Shown: in pieces, positions 47,574 to 57,959 of the stretch | How positions within the stretch are numbered: position 1 is the stretch's first letter | How the letters are laid out: every line of letters starts with the position of its first letter | Origin: Dicyema japonicum | Taxonomy: Eukaryota; Animalia; Dicyemida | Length of the DNA stretch: 64,000 nucleotides | Reading direction: 5' to 3' | NCBI GenBank assembly: GCA_011109175.1 | Contig: RDEW01000011.1 | Location: 180,193-244,192, forward strand | Notes under the pieces: model-generated | What the model was told of the DNA's origin: nothing | Seen by the model: only the letters and a program-made list of their open reading frames with translations | Database searches by the model: none | Made by a program: the position numbers and the translations under genes

Positions 47574-48760
47574 ATGTATGAAGATAATGGTAATTTCTGA
47601 TTTAATGATATTTTTAAAGAAACTGACTCAGTCAGCAATAATTGCCATTGCCACAGTGAGAGATCTTCCGACGCAGCCTCGAAAAAAGCAAAAAAAAGTT
47701 GCTAATTGCCTTCATCATTTCCGGTATTTTTATGTTGTTGGAGTTCATTGGTAACGTTATTTTGCCATTTAGGTGGATTTTTATCAAACAGTATCTCAGT
47801 CATGACGGACTCTGCTCACATGCTGGTAGACGTCATTAGCATCTTTGTCGGTTATCTTTCTCTTGTGGTCCTTACTAAGCCATCGACCAAAAAATTCAGT
47901 TTTGGTTGGCACAGGATTGGTTTATGACTTTATAATTTGAAGAGGTTCTCGCCTCTCTTTTCTCTATGATTATGCTCCTCATTTTGACTGTCATCTTTGA
48001 CTACGCCGCAGTTAACAGAATCATAAGCAACGACTATCAAATTGATTCGAAGACCATGCTGATTGTCTCTGCATGTGGAGTGGTATTCAACATTATGTTG
48101 GTCGTTTTAACATTTCAGACTGGTTTCAGTTCTCCACCAAGGACACAACCATTCCCACCAGAAAGCAAACGAACTGTTTATAGACCCAGGTTGAAAGATC
48201 ATCAAGTGAATCATTTCAGACCCTGCAGCCTTCATTCACGTTTTAGGAGATTTGATTCAGAGCGTCGGAGTACTTATAGCGGCCATTATCATCTACTTCA
48301 AAGTACTTAAATGATTTACCTCAGCCGAACTTAATAATCGTTGACCCAATATGCACCTTTATCTTTTCCATTTTGGTCATCATCAGTACATATAAGGTTA
48401 TGAAGGATATTTTTTATGTTCTAATGGAAGGTATGTTTGAAATATTTCTGTTAGCTGTACCTGTCGGAGTTGACTACAACGTTCTTTGGAGTTGTCTGAC
48501 AGCTATCCCTGGAGTTATAGCTGTTCATAACGTCCGAGCATGGTCTATTACACATTCCAAGCTCGTAATTGCAGCTCACATAGCTGTTGGTTTGCCTTTT
48601 ATGTTACTGATTAGAAAGAGACAGAAATTACACCAAAATTTTGAATGATTGCTCAGACAAGCTCAAATTGGACTTTAACTTTTCAGAAATATATCTTCAA
48701 GTGGAAGAATATCACCAAAAAATGAGGAATTGTTCCGTATGCATTGGCCCTTCAAAATAA
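47574..48760 (+). CDS. zinc transporter, CDF/SLC30 (ZnT2/3/4/8-like); carries an apparent frameshift
   Basis: HCH, MTDSAHMLVD, FGWHRIEVL, His-rich loop, AAFIHVLGDLIQS, VHNVRAWSIT, IAAHIAV, LQVEEY...C..C. Introns are 22-30 nt. One A is missing in the A-run at 47690-47697. Confidence 0.85.
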
Positions 48761-49092
48761 TGATCATTTTTTACTTTCAATTTTTATTATTAAAAGAAAA
48801 GTTTACAGGATAACTAAGTTTTTCTCCTCTTGGAGAAGGAGTCGTTGACCTGAAACTCATCCGTTTCCTCCTCACCCGGGTTTCCTGGCATGCCATCGTA
48901 CTGATTTGCTAATTCCACCTGGCATGTCATCGACTGGGTGATTGGTTGCTGTAACCAAATCATCCTCGATAGTGCGCACTCCATATTTATACTCCACCAA
49001 CTTGCTCTCCAACGTCTTCTTGAGGACCTACAAGATTACGGATTTTTTAGATCAAATAATTTTCAAAGATGTTAGGTTTACAAGGTCATCAG

Positions 49093-51023
49093 TAGGGCGA
49101 TTTTTATTTTGACTTTATAAAAAAATTGACTTTATGATAAATGTATCTACAAAAAAATTTTTAAAAAACTAATCAAAATCTTTATTAAAATACAGAATAA
49201 TGTAATTCAAAACGTTTTCGGGTTTAAAATTTTGGTCTTGATAGTAATTTTTCCAATAAAGAAAAAATTATCTCAACAAATAATGATTTTGCCAGAAGGA
49301 AGACCCTCGCTTGGGTAACGATGAACAAGTTGAAGAAAGAGTGGATTGGCAGACGACGATCCTGCACATCATTTCGTGTGAGACTGTATGAAGCCTTTGT
49401 CAAGCCGATCCTAATGTACAATTCATCGACCTGGGGAACGTCCAAAACCGAACAACTTGGACTAGACTTTTTCAATCGAAGACAACTTAGATCCCTACTA
49501 GAACTGAATCGGCCAGCAAGAATAAAAAAGGAATCGCTGTACAAGAGATGTTGCACGGGTCCACTGAGTCTCGAAATTGCTGATATGCGCTGGAGGCTAT
49601 TTGGACATATCTTGCGTATGATATTAGGCTCTTAGGCGCTCCAGCAAACAGCAATGGAGGACTACTTCATGAGACAGGGACCGTTCATTCGTAAACGCCG
49701 GCGTATTACGCTACCTGAAACACTCGACGAAGATCTAAAGCTTGTGAACAAACGTCTAAGAAGTGGGGACGACCTCAACGAGTTGAGGAAACTCTCTTAC
49801 GATCGAGGAGGTTGGAAGAGGTCGGTTCGGAGGATTTTTTGAATGCTGCACGAGTGAAATTATAACTATTATGATTTTACGAATGTTGCTTATAATAATA
49901 ATAAATAATGATGTGGAAGGACACTTTTTCAGATAGTTGTATATATATGTATAAATATGTTGTTTATCTACTTTTGTGGTAGAAAGCATTTGATTAACAA
50001 TTAATCTTGATTCCAGTACTTCCTGATTCCACATAAATCGTCCCCGAAATGCAATTTCTGAATGTGTCCAACAGCGTCTTGCGATCTATTGCAAAATAGA
50101 TTTGAACATTGTCTTACAGACAATCAAAGAGTTAGCCGCAGAAGACAATGGGCGACAAGATATTAAAAATATTTTCTTGGGATCAGAAATTCTTCCAATA
50201 AGTGTATTGACTTATTTCTGTCGCCGGATCTCAGTTTTGTCAACCAAAAAAAATTTTTTTTCAGATCGATAATAAATGACAATAAAACCTCAAAAATAGC
50301 TTAATTCTGTCAAAAAAATTCTGTCAAGTTGTTTCTGGCATAAATTTTCTACACTTTTTCGGCAAGCGTTAGTAGAAGGAAGATTATTCCAATACCCTCA
50401 AACAAGTCTCGTAAGCTTTAACTGTTCAACTTATGCGAAGGAATATCGGATTCAAAAAAAGCCTTGCAATTTTCTGGTTGCTTTAATTATAACTGTTCTT
50501 TGCTTAAAATAAAGTGTGTGTTCTGCCTGTGAAGAGCGACCCATGTGTCGGCTGATGGGACGAGAAAATCAATGGGTTTTATAATACTGAAACCTGTAAA
50601 ATAGTAATAAAAATAATAAACTTGCTAATTTGATATGCTTCTTAGACGATTATGCGATTCAATAAAAATGCTTTTTTGCAGGTATAAATGTCCTACACAA
50701 ATTTCAAAAAAGATTTCCTAGCGAGTTGATAGAAAATTCATCATGATATTTTCTAACAACTGACTGAATATTTTCAGTGTCATTCTTGATTGAACGCAGG
50801 ATCACAGTGAATGATGATAATTGATTCCACGCTACTCGAAAATTAAAAAATCAAAATCAATAAAAATTTTGACCTTTTTTGACATTACCCAAAATGTTGA
50901 CTTTTTTGACTTTATAACTTTTGATTAATATAATATTTTTGAGTAAATACTACATTTTTATAAGTTTTAAACAATTTAAAAAAAACAGATCAATTTTTGA
51001 CTTTATTGACAAAAATCGCCATA
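49093..51023 (+). mobile_element. hAT-like DNA transposon remnant with a nested RTE
   Basis: Termini TAGGGCGATTTTT / AAAAATCGCCATA (13 bp, 1 mismatch) and a perfect 8-bp TSD GTCATCAG (49085-49092, 51024-51031). The left end recurs at about 59406-59566. Confidence 0.85.
49270..49900 (+). mobile_element. RTE-clade LINE 3' fragment
   Basis: RVRLYEAFVKPILMYNSSTWG, RWRLFGHILRM, then a (TAA)n tail. Confidence 0.88.
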
Positions 51024-51099
51024 GTCATCAGTTAATGGTCGCACTTTCCGAACAGCTTAATCTTTTCAGTGTCATTCTTGATTGAACGCAGCATCACAT

Positions 51100-53715
51100 T
51101 TATTTATTTTTTTTTATATAAAAAAATAATTAATTCAAAAATTAAATTAAGGCATCTGGATGGCCATGCTATTTCCCCTAACAATAGCCAACGAGATACG
51201 TTCTCGGAACCAACCAGTCTCTCGCGGATCCTTGGTCACAGCTTGAATCATGGAGCCGATCTTACGAACCAACTCATCTGCTTGGGAGCCAAGGATTCCT
51301 GACGTTTCCACCGCGAATGGAACAAAAAGATACTCCTTCGAAATTCTCTGGTACTTCCTTCTCTTTCGTTCCTCGGCCTGCTTTGAAGCATGTCCTGGGT
51401 CTGAAGCAGAAGCAAACAAATTAGACGGGGAATAAGTATCAACACACGTCGCGTCTCAGATCAGGTTTCGTCCGTTGGCGAATGGAAAAGTCGTCATCCC
51501 ATCAGGGCACAAAAACAAATAGGACTTTTGCTTATCACAATTGACCGGAGCATTCAGGTACAAATTCATCCGTTCATCCCAAGCTCCCGACGGCGTCAGC
51601 GGTACGTTTAGTCCGGAAGTAGAGTGAAGGACCGTATCCACTAAACGCCTTGACGAGCCGAACGAAGATAAATAGGCGCCCAAAGCAACGTCCGAAGGAA
51701 GAGAAAGACCCAAACCACCGCAGGCTACAGGGAGTGAGGCCTGTAACCATCCGAAATCATCAAAACGAACATTAAGAATGGACCCCATCGTCGACCGGAT
51801 ATCCATATCAATTAACGATAGAAGGTCTTTTTCGGCGTAACATGGGGATCCCCGTAGAATAAAAAGGAATTTTGGAGAAGGAGACAATTCTTCAGCATAA
51901 AAAAGGCGACATGACGGTCCAAAAAACTCATCCTGTCGGCATACTGACGTAAATTAGTCCTCTTGCCTTCCAATAACTCCCTCACCCGGTTTACCAAAAT
52001 CCCACACCCAAGGAAGTCGAGAGAATCAATATGAGTCTCCCTAACCCCTGGGATGATTCGCAGAGTTTTCTATGAAAAAGGTAGAATGAATCGGAACTCA
52101 AATTCAGATTAATTGCTTCGCACTTTTCATTGTTAAATTCCAGACCGATTTTTTTACACAAACGTCTGATCGATGCAACTTTGGAGAGAATATCATCGGG
52201 ACTTCCACCGAGAATACGATCGTCCAGATACCAGACGTTCAGTGGAGTGCAACGGTCCTGGGCAATATGGAAGATAGAATAGAAGAGGACCGAGTGGGTC
52301 CCCCTGTTGAACTCCGGATCCGGACGAAATAATTCCACTGCCAAAAACAAGAGGGGATGGATCCGAATACGCGAGATACACAAAGGGATAAATCTGAGGA
52401 ATCCTCCTCCTACAGGTATCAAGGACGGTGTCCCTTCTGACTGAATTGAAGGCATTCCGGAGGTCCAATTTGAATAAAACTCTGTCCTCAACATTCAATT
52501 CAGCTGATTGTGACGCAAATTCTCTCACTGCGTGGATCCCAGCTTCACAGCCGCCATTGATTCCGACACCAAGCTGCGAAGGACAAAATTCGGCTGAAAT
52601 TCGGGAGATAACAAAACGACAAGCCATTTTTGCGGATAAACGTCGAAATACGTTTCCAATTGCAATGGGGCGAATACCACCATCTTTCTTTCCAAGGCCC
52701 GTTAGATTCGCCGAAAAGAGGAGATTCCGACCAAAATCGGAAACGTTTCCGGAAAGCATGCGAGCTACGAGATCCCGGGTTCGCTCCAAGAGTAGCGATC
52801 CAGGCCTGCCGACAGAATGGGACACCAAGTCTGACAGATGGCCAGGTTTGAGACCGTCAACTCCTCCACTGCTACTTCTTCGGAAAGAACAAAGAGCGTT
52901 GTAAATGGCTGAAGTGGAAATATCATGCATAGATTGTTCTGGACGAACAGGTTTACAAAAGTCTTCTGGTTCTGGAGGATGTTTCTGTCCCAATATACAG
53001 AGTGTCTCCTGAGTGGCTTTCACCGGGTCAGAATCCGTACAAACAGTTCGAACTGCAGCAGTAAGATCGCCCTCCATCAATTTCCTCCTGACACGAGAGC
53101 GAAGCCTCTCAGGAGCCATACTGGATTGTTTGGAATTGGACTTTGGGAAGTAATCAACTGGGGAAACAAATAATTCTTCAGCCAGGGACTCCCATGAATC
53201 CATAAAGGCACTCACGCGCTTCTTCAGGACATGGGATAGAGAGGGTTTCCGAGAAGATGGGGCAGGCTTACGCTCTAACCCCATAGCCAGGACAGGGAAA
53301 GAGAAAAGAACCATCCAATCCTTTTTCGAGCCATTGGACACAGCTTTCTCAATGCAAGAAGAAAGGGCAGAAGCAATTGAGATCAGGGAAGCCTTGGGAA
53401 TTTTGACAGGGATAATCTTCCTTTGTCGCGTGTTTGATAATAAAACCAGAAAATCCTCCGGAGACATGGCTTCCAGAAGATCTGATACAGATGATGATGA
53501 CACAAAATGATCATGAGGTTCAATTTTAGTGAGTTCCAGACGGCACGACCGACCACGAGGGAAGTGATCGAGCAATTTTCTTGGATAGTTTTTCACAACC
53601 TATGTGGTAGTAACCAACACATACAGAACATCGAATCCCGCACTTGCGAGAATTGGATACTCTGCACCCTTTGCATGAGGTGTCTTCGTGTAGTACATCA
53701 TAAAAAACAGACATG
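51100..53715 (-). mobile_element. CRE-like non-LTR retrotransposon (PHD + RT + REL endonuclease), degenerate
   Basis: ORF 52193..53596 carries SSGGVDGLKPGHL, GGIRPIAIGNVFRRL, QLGVG..GGCE, LDLRNAFNSV and GVQQGDPLGPLLF. Downstream frames carry WYLDD, QASLPVACGGLG and FVPFAVETSG...RISLAIVRGN. Confidence 0.92.
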
Positions 53716-53899
53716 AATAGATAATAGGAGAGAGAACTGTATATATTAACGACGACATTTATTTTAAGCAAAGAACAGTCATAATTAGGGCAACCAGAAA
53801 ATTGCAATTTTTATTTTGAAAATTGCAAATAAAAATTTTTTAATTGTAAAAGATTGCATTACGGAAAAATTCCGAAATTATTTTTATTTTTTTCTGGAA

Positions 53900-54600
53900 T
53901 TAATAAAAATCTATTAACAATAAAATATTATTTAATAACTATGGGGAGAGCGGCTGCTGACATCACGGAGTAGGCGTTTCCGCGGACAACTTGGATACCA
54001 ATTCTTTGCCTCAGTCAGACCGCTTCCCGCACGTCTTTCTTGTGGTGGGCCAATTTTTCCCCGATTTCCTTGAGGAAAGAGGCTGTAATACTTCCGGCCG
54101 CACCAGACGTCTCGATTACTACCGGTACAAAACGGTAGCGGTCTCCAATTTCGCCATATTTTTTAATCTTGATCGGCTGCCGATCCAGCAGACTGCGTCG
54201 AGCTGAGTATAATCGAGTTCGAGATAGAATCCACAACAGTGCAGTCCCATACGAGCGATTTTCCCTCAGTGAACGGAAAGATAGTTAACCCATCCATCTC
54301 CGCGGTCCAATCCCACAGGCTCCAGTACTGCCGGGAAGCCTGCCGCTTCAAGAGCTCGCATGACAATGTTGTTCATATCAGCATGGCGGGGTGCTCTTCC
54401 CACACTCCTTTTGCACGAGAGCGGGTGCAGCCCTTTGGCATCGACGATCCCTTCACAGCGACATTGGTGTCCGACGCAAACATCAGCTCCCAGGCGTTGT
54501 GCGATCCCAATCCGAATACAGTCATCGTCCAAAAGGGTCCTCAGGGATGAACACGGGAGTGCATCCAGCCACGCTCCGCTCCAATGGTTGGAAATTATTT
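53900..54600 (-). mobile_element. CRE-like 3' end (CCHC zinc finger + REL), subfamily 2
   Basis: RIGIAQRLG, HQCRCEG...HPLSC...RH, DGLTIFPFTEGKSLVWDCTVVD, FVPVVIETSG. Confidence 0.9.
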
Positions 54601-54639
54601 ATTTATCTAATTTTATTTAGAACAACAAATAAATTAATT

Positions 54640-55140
54640 TAGACAATAATTAGGACGACAGAATGGCGAAAACGTTACCTCTGATAATCGCCATTTCGAG
54701 CCTCTGCCTCAACCAGAGTCCCTCTTGTGGCTCGCACCTTTTTGAGGCGAGTTTGCTTCTAATGCTGTGGAGAAAAGCGTCCGTCTTCGCGCCTACAGTT
54801 CCAGTTGTCTCCACAGCAATAAAGGCGAAATGGTAATGGTCTCCGAGGAATTCGTACTTATGGATCTTCTTGACCTCCGCATGGTCGGCTGCGTCTCCAG
54901 AAAAGTGCGTTGCCGTCAGCAATCTGGCTCCTGAGAAGGTGTCCACACACGTTGCGTCCCAGACGAGTGATTTTCCGTGGGAGTATGGGAATAACGTTAT
55001 TCCATCCGGCCTTTTTCCGTCGCCTCTGTCTAAGTCCAATGGTTCCAATTGGGTCGGAAATCCCGCAGCCTTGAGGGCTCGAAGAATGATGTCATTGAGG
55101 GCTGCGTGGCTCGACCAGCACTTCGTCGGCAAGAGAGTGG
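54640..55140 (-). mobile_element. CRE-like 3' end (REL), subfamily 3
   Basis: HAALNDIILRAL...KRPDGITLFPYSHGKSLVWDATCVDT...FIAVETTG...RLEMAIIRGN*. Confidence 0.92.
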
Positions 55141-55659
55141 ATGTAATAGCCTCGAACTTTCATTAAATTATATATAATTGCAATTTATTGTCCTAGTTAT
55201 ATTAGCTAATCGAGGAGGATCAAGGAATACTCTTCACTTTTTTGTTTTCTTTTTCTTGGGTGTATATCCTTTTAGTCTATTGTTTCTCAAACTGGGGTAC
55301 GCGGTACTTTTTGGACCAATAACCATAATTATATAGTGACGTACCTGTATTTCACAGCTTTTTGACGAAGAGAATTAAATGAAAAATTACAAATACCACG
55401 GTAACACACGACTAACTACTTACGTGATCCCGGCACGCTCCAAGAGACTTCAACTTGGGATGATACTTCCCCTTGAGCCCGCGAAACTCGTATCGACCAT
55501 ACAACGAGCCCTAATACCTGTTTAATGAGTCATTGAGGACGAAGCACTGAATTTTATTATATTTACCATTAGTTTTCAAAAATGCTTAAATTCACCTAAA
55601 ATATAACATTAGAAGTCATAACCTAAAAAAGATCGAAACTTACGATCCATAGCTACCAA

Positions 55660-55926
55660 AACATTAGGGATTTTGCACCATTCCAATGTCTATTTTTACC
55701 AATTAATTACCCTGAACTTTAAAGCATAAATCCATCAAATGAGGATGAGGTTTAGTCTGGGATATTAAATCTCTAAAGCAAACCATAGTGATNAACATTA
55801 GGGATTTTGCAACATTCCAATGTCTATTTTTACCAATTAATTACCCTGAACCTTAAAGCATAAATCCATCAAATGAGGATGAGGTTTAGTCTGGGATATT
55901 AAATCTCTAAAGCAAACCATAGTGAT
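55660..55926. repeat. 133-bp direct duplication flanking an N (probable assembly junction)
   Basis: 55660-55792 and 55794-55926 differ at 2 positions and are separated by a single n at 55793. Confidence 0.85.
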
Positions 55927-56050
55927 GAGATCTACGTCACCACATCAACATTCCGACCAATCAACAACAAAGCCAATTAAAGAAAAATATTTTTTAAAAT
56001 CATAAAATTTTCATATTCAGTGTCTTCTTAAAAAAAAGAATTTAAAAAAA

Positions 56051-56954
56051 TTAAGAACTTCTAAAATCTGTTGACATTAAAAACAGTTGAACTTTTTGAT
56101 ACCATCCACGTGGCCTCTCAATATATCTTCCTACCCTTTCAGTGGTAACATCGGAAAGTTCAGATGCTTTGACAAAACTCGTTACTCCGTTCTGTTCAGT
56201 AACCAATTTTGGATTTCTACAAGTAGTCCTCATTGATCCTATGGAGGAATATCTATGGGTGTGAACCAAGCCGACCCCATTTCATATAAAATGCACTGGG
56301 GGATGTTATAATGGTCTATGAAACTCCAAACCTGGCTGTAATTCCAGTCAGAAATGGGATTAATACGCATTAATTGAGGCCAGCCTTCATCACAAGGCAT
56401 CATTGGGAGGACTGGATAAGAAGCTGGACTAACACCATCAAAATTACAGTCATCCTTTCGCATTCCCATGATAATAGCTTTAATTTCCTTGTTCTGCTTA
56501 CTGAATTCGAATAGGGCTGATTTGTACTCCCCTCTGTATTCCACGTGTCGAAGATCAAGTCTAAGCTATCTCAAATTCCAACCTATTCACAACTCTTTTG
56601 ATAAAATCAGTTATTTCTGGGAAGTTTTCCTCTTTCGATATGAACAGAGTCATCACCCGCAGATTCTCTGCGTTGAAAGAACTAAAATCGACCAAAAATG
56701 TAAACCTTTGCTTCAAGGCAGAAATAAACAAATAAAGGACAATCATTGACTCCTTCCCGCCTCCGAAAGCGACACAAAATTCGGTATGACTAAATAATTC
56801 CCAAATCTAACTTGTAAAGTGTCAAAGCATATTTTAGTAGAACCAGCGATTTTTTAACAAACGCAAAATGTTCTTTTTCTGCTTCAAATATGATCGAAGA
56901 GAAAATATCTTCTAAGTTAATTTATAAACAACTACCATCCATGTTGTTTTCCAT
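56051..56954 (-). CDS. FLAD1: FAD synthase (PAPS-reductase-like domain only)
   Basis: Five introns of 24, 22, 24, 22 and 23 nt. Motifs: VAFGGGKESMIVL, ENFPEITDFI, AIIMGMRKDD, DEGWPQLMRINPISDWNYSQVWSFI, LYEMGYSSIGS, ERVGR. Confidence 0.9.
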
Positions 56955-57440
56955 ATAAATTTATTTATTTAAAACTAAGAAAATTGTTATTTTAAATATT
57001 TTTAAATTATTAAATTTTAATTAAATACTTTTCCTTTTAAAAAAGTTTTCCTTTTTCCTTATAATAAACTATTTGTTAAAAAGTTAATGCATATTATAGT
57101 ATAGGAGATGTTAATGCAACGTGACGTCATGTGGTCCACCTTTTATGGTGGCGCCGAGTGGTTCTATGCACAAAAAAGGACCTGCACTTATCCCCTATCT
57201 GGAGTCATCTTCAGACGACAACCCTGCTGCCCCAGCCTCCTATGGACAGGGAGAGGGTCTGAAGTTGTCCGCTGCTGTGACAAATGAGTATTTCCTCCGT
57301 ATTAGCTGAATTGACCATGTAATGCCATGGATAAGAAATTGCGTTGAAGCAAATCGGAAAATTCACGTGCCCATCGCCTATGCACGCAATAAGTTGTCAG
57401 GGAAATTACATCCACGCTTAGAAAATGATAATATTTAATC

Positions 57441-57743
57441 TATCAAAGCAAACCATAGTGATGAGATCTACGTCACCACATAAACATTCCGACCAATTAA
57501 CTACAGAAAATATTTTTAAAAATCATAAAATTTTCATATTCAGTGTCTTCTTAAAAAAGAATTTAAAAAATTAAGAACTTGTAAAATCTGTCAAAATTAA
57601 AAACAGTTGAACTTTTTGATACCATCCACGTGGCCTCTCAATATATCTTCCTACCCTTTCAGTGGTAACATCGGAAAGTTCAGATGCTTTGACAAAACTC
57701 GTTACTCGTTCTGTTCAGTAACCAATTTTGGATTTCTACAAGT
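57441..57743 (-). pseudogene. duplicated last-exon fragment and 3' flank of the FAD synthase gene
   Basis: Highly similar to 55907-56223 with small indels; truncated at a SINE-B fragment at about 57745. Confidence 0.88.
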
Positions 57744-57754
57744 GTGTTATTATT

Positions 57755-57830
57755 ATTGGGTTTGACGAGTGACGCAGTCATTAGTGAATACTTCACTGCG
57801 GAACCGGATAGTTACGGGAACCCCCAAATG
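57755..57830 (+). mobile_element. SINE family B central fragment
   Basis: TTGACGAGTGACGCAGTCATTAGTGAATACTTCACTGCGGAACCGGAT. Confidence 0.7.
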
Positions 57831-57959
57831 GTGGGGAGAAATTGATGGTTCTTTTCGTTCCTTTCCGGAATAAGTTTTCGTGTGAGCCACAAGACACCAT
57901 GTTAAGCACATGCTTATTAATATCCGTCGTTTAAAAGAAGATCCAATAATTTTCATTGG

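Noticed and set aside
52428-53173. Plus-strand ORFs of 73-158 aa
   Set aside because: Antisense shadows of the GC-richer CRE ORF. Most other short ORFs in the track are likewise shadows or fragments of TEs and spliced genes.
55268-55300. Third hAT (TTGTTTCTCAAACTGGGGTACGCG resembles a Charlie-type end)
   Set aside because: No partner TIR or TSD was found.
55698-55725. Spliced-leader RNA gene (TTAATTACCC resembles nematode SL1) near the CRE cluster
   Set aside because: Only a 10-nt match, with no following AG/GT donor or Sm site.
55660-55926. 133-bp tandem duplication as a biological repeat
   Set aside because: The copies are separated by a single N and differ at two sites, typical of overlapping contig or haplotype ends joined in scaffolding.
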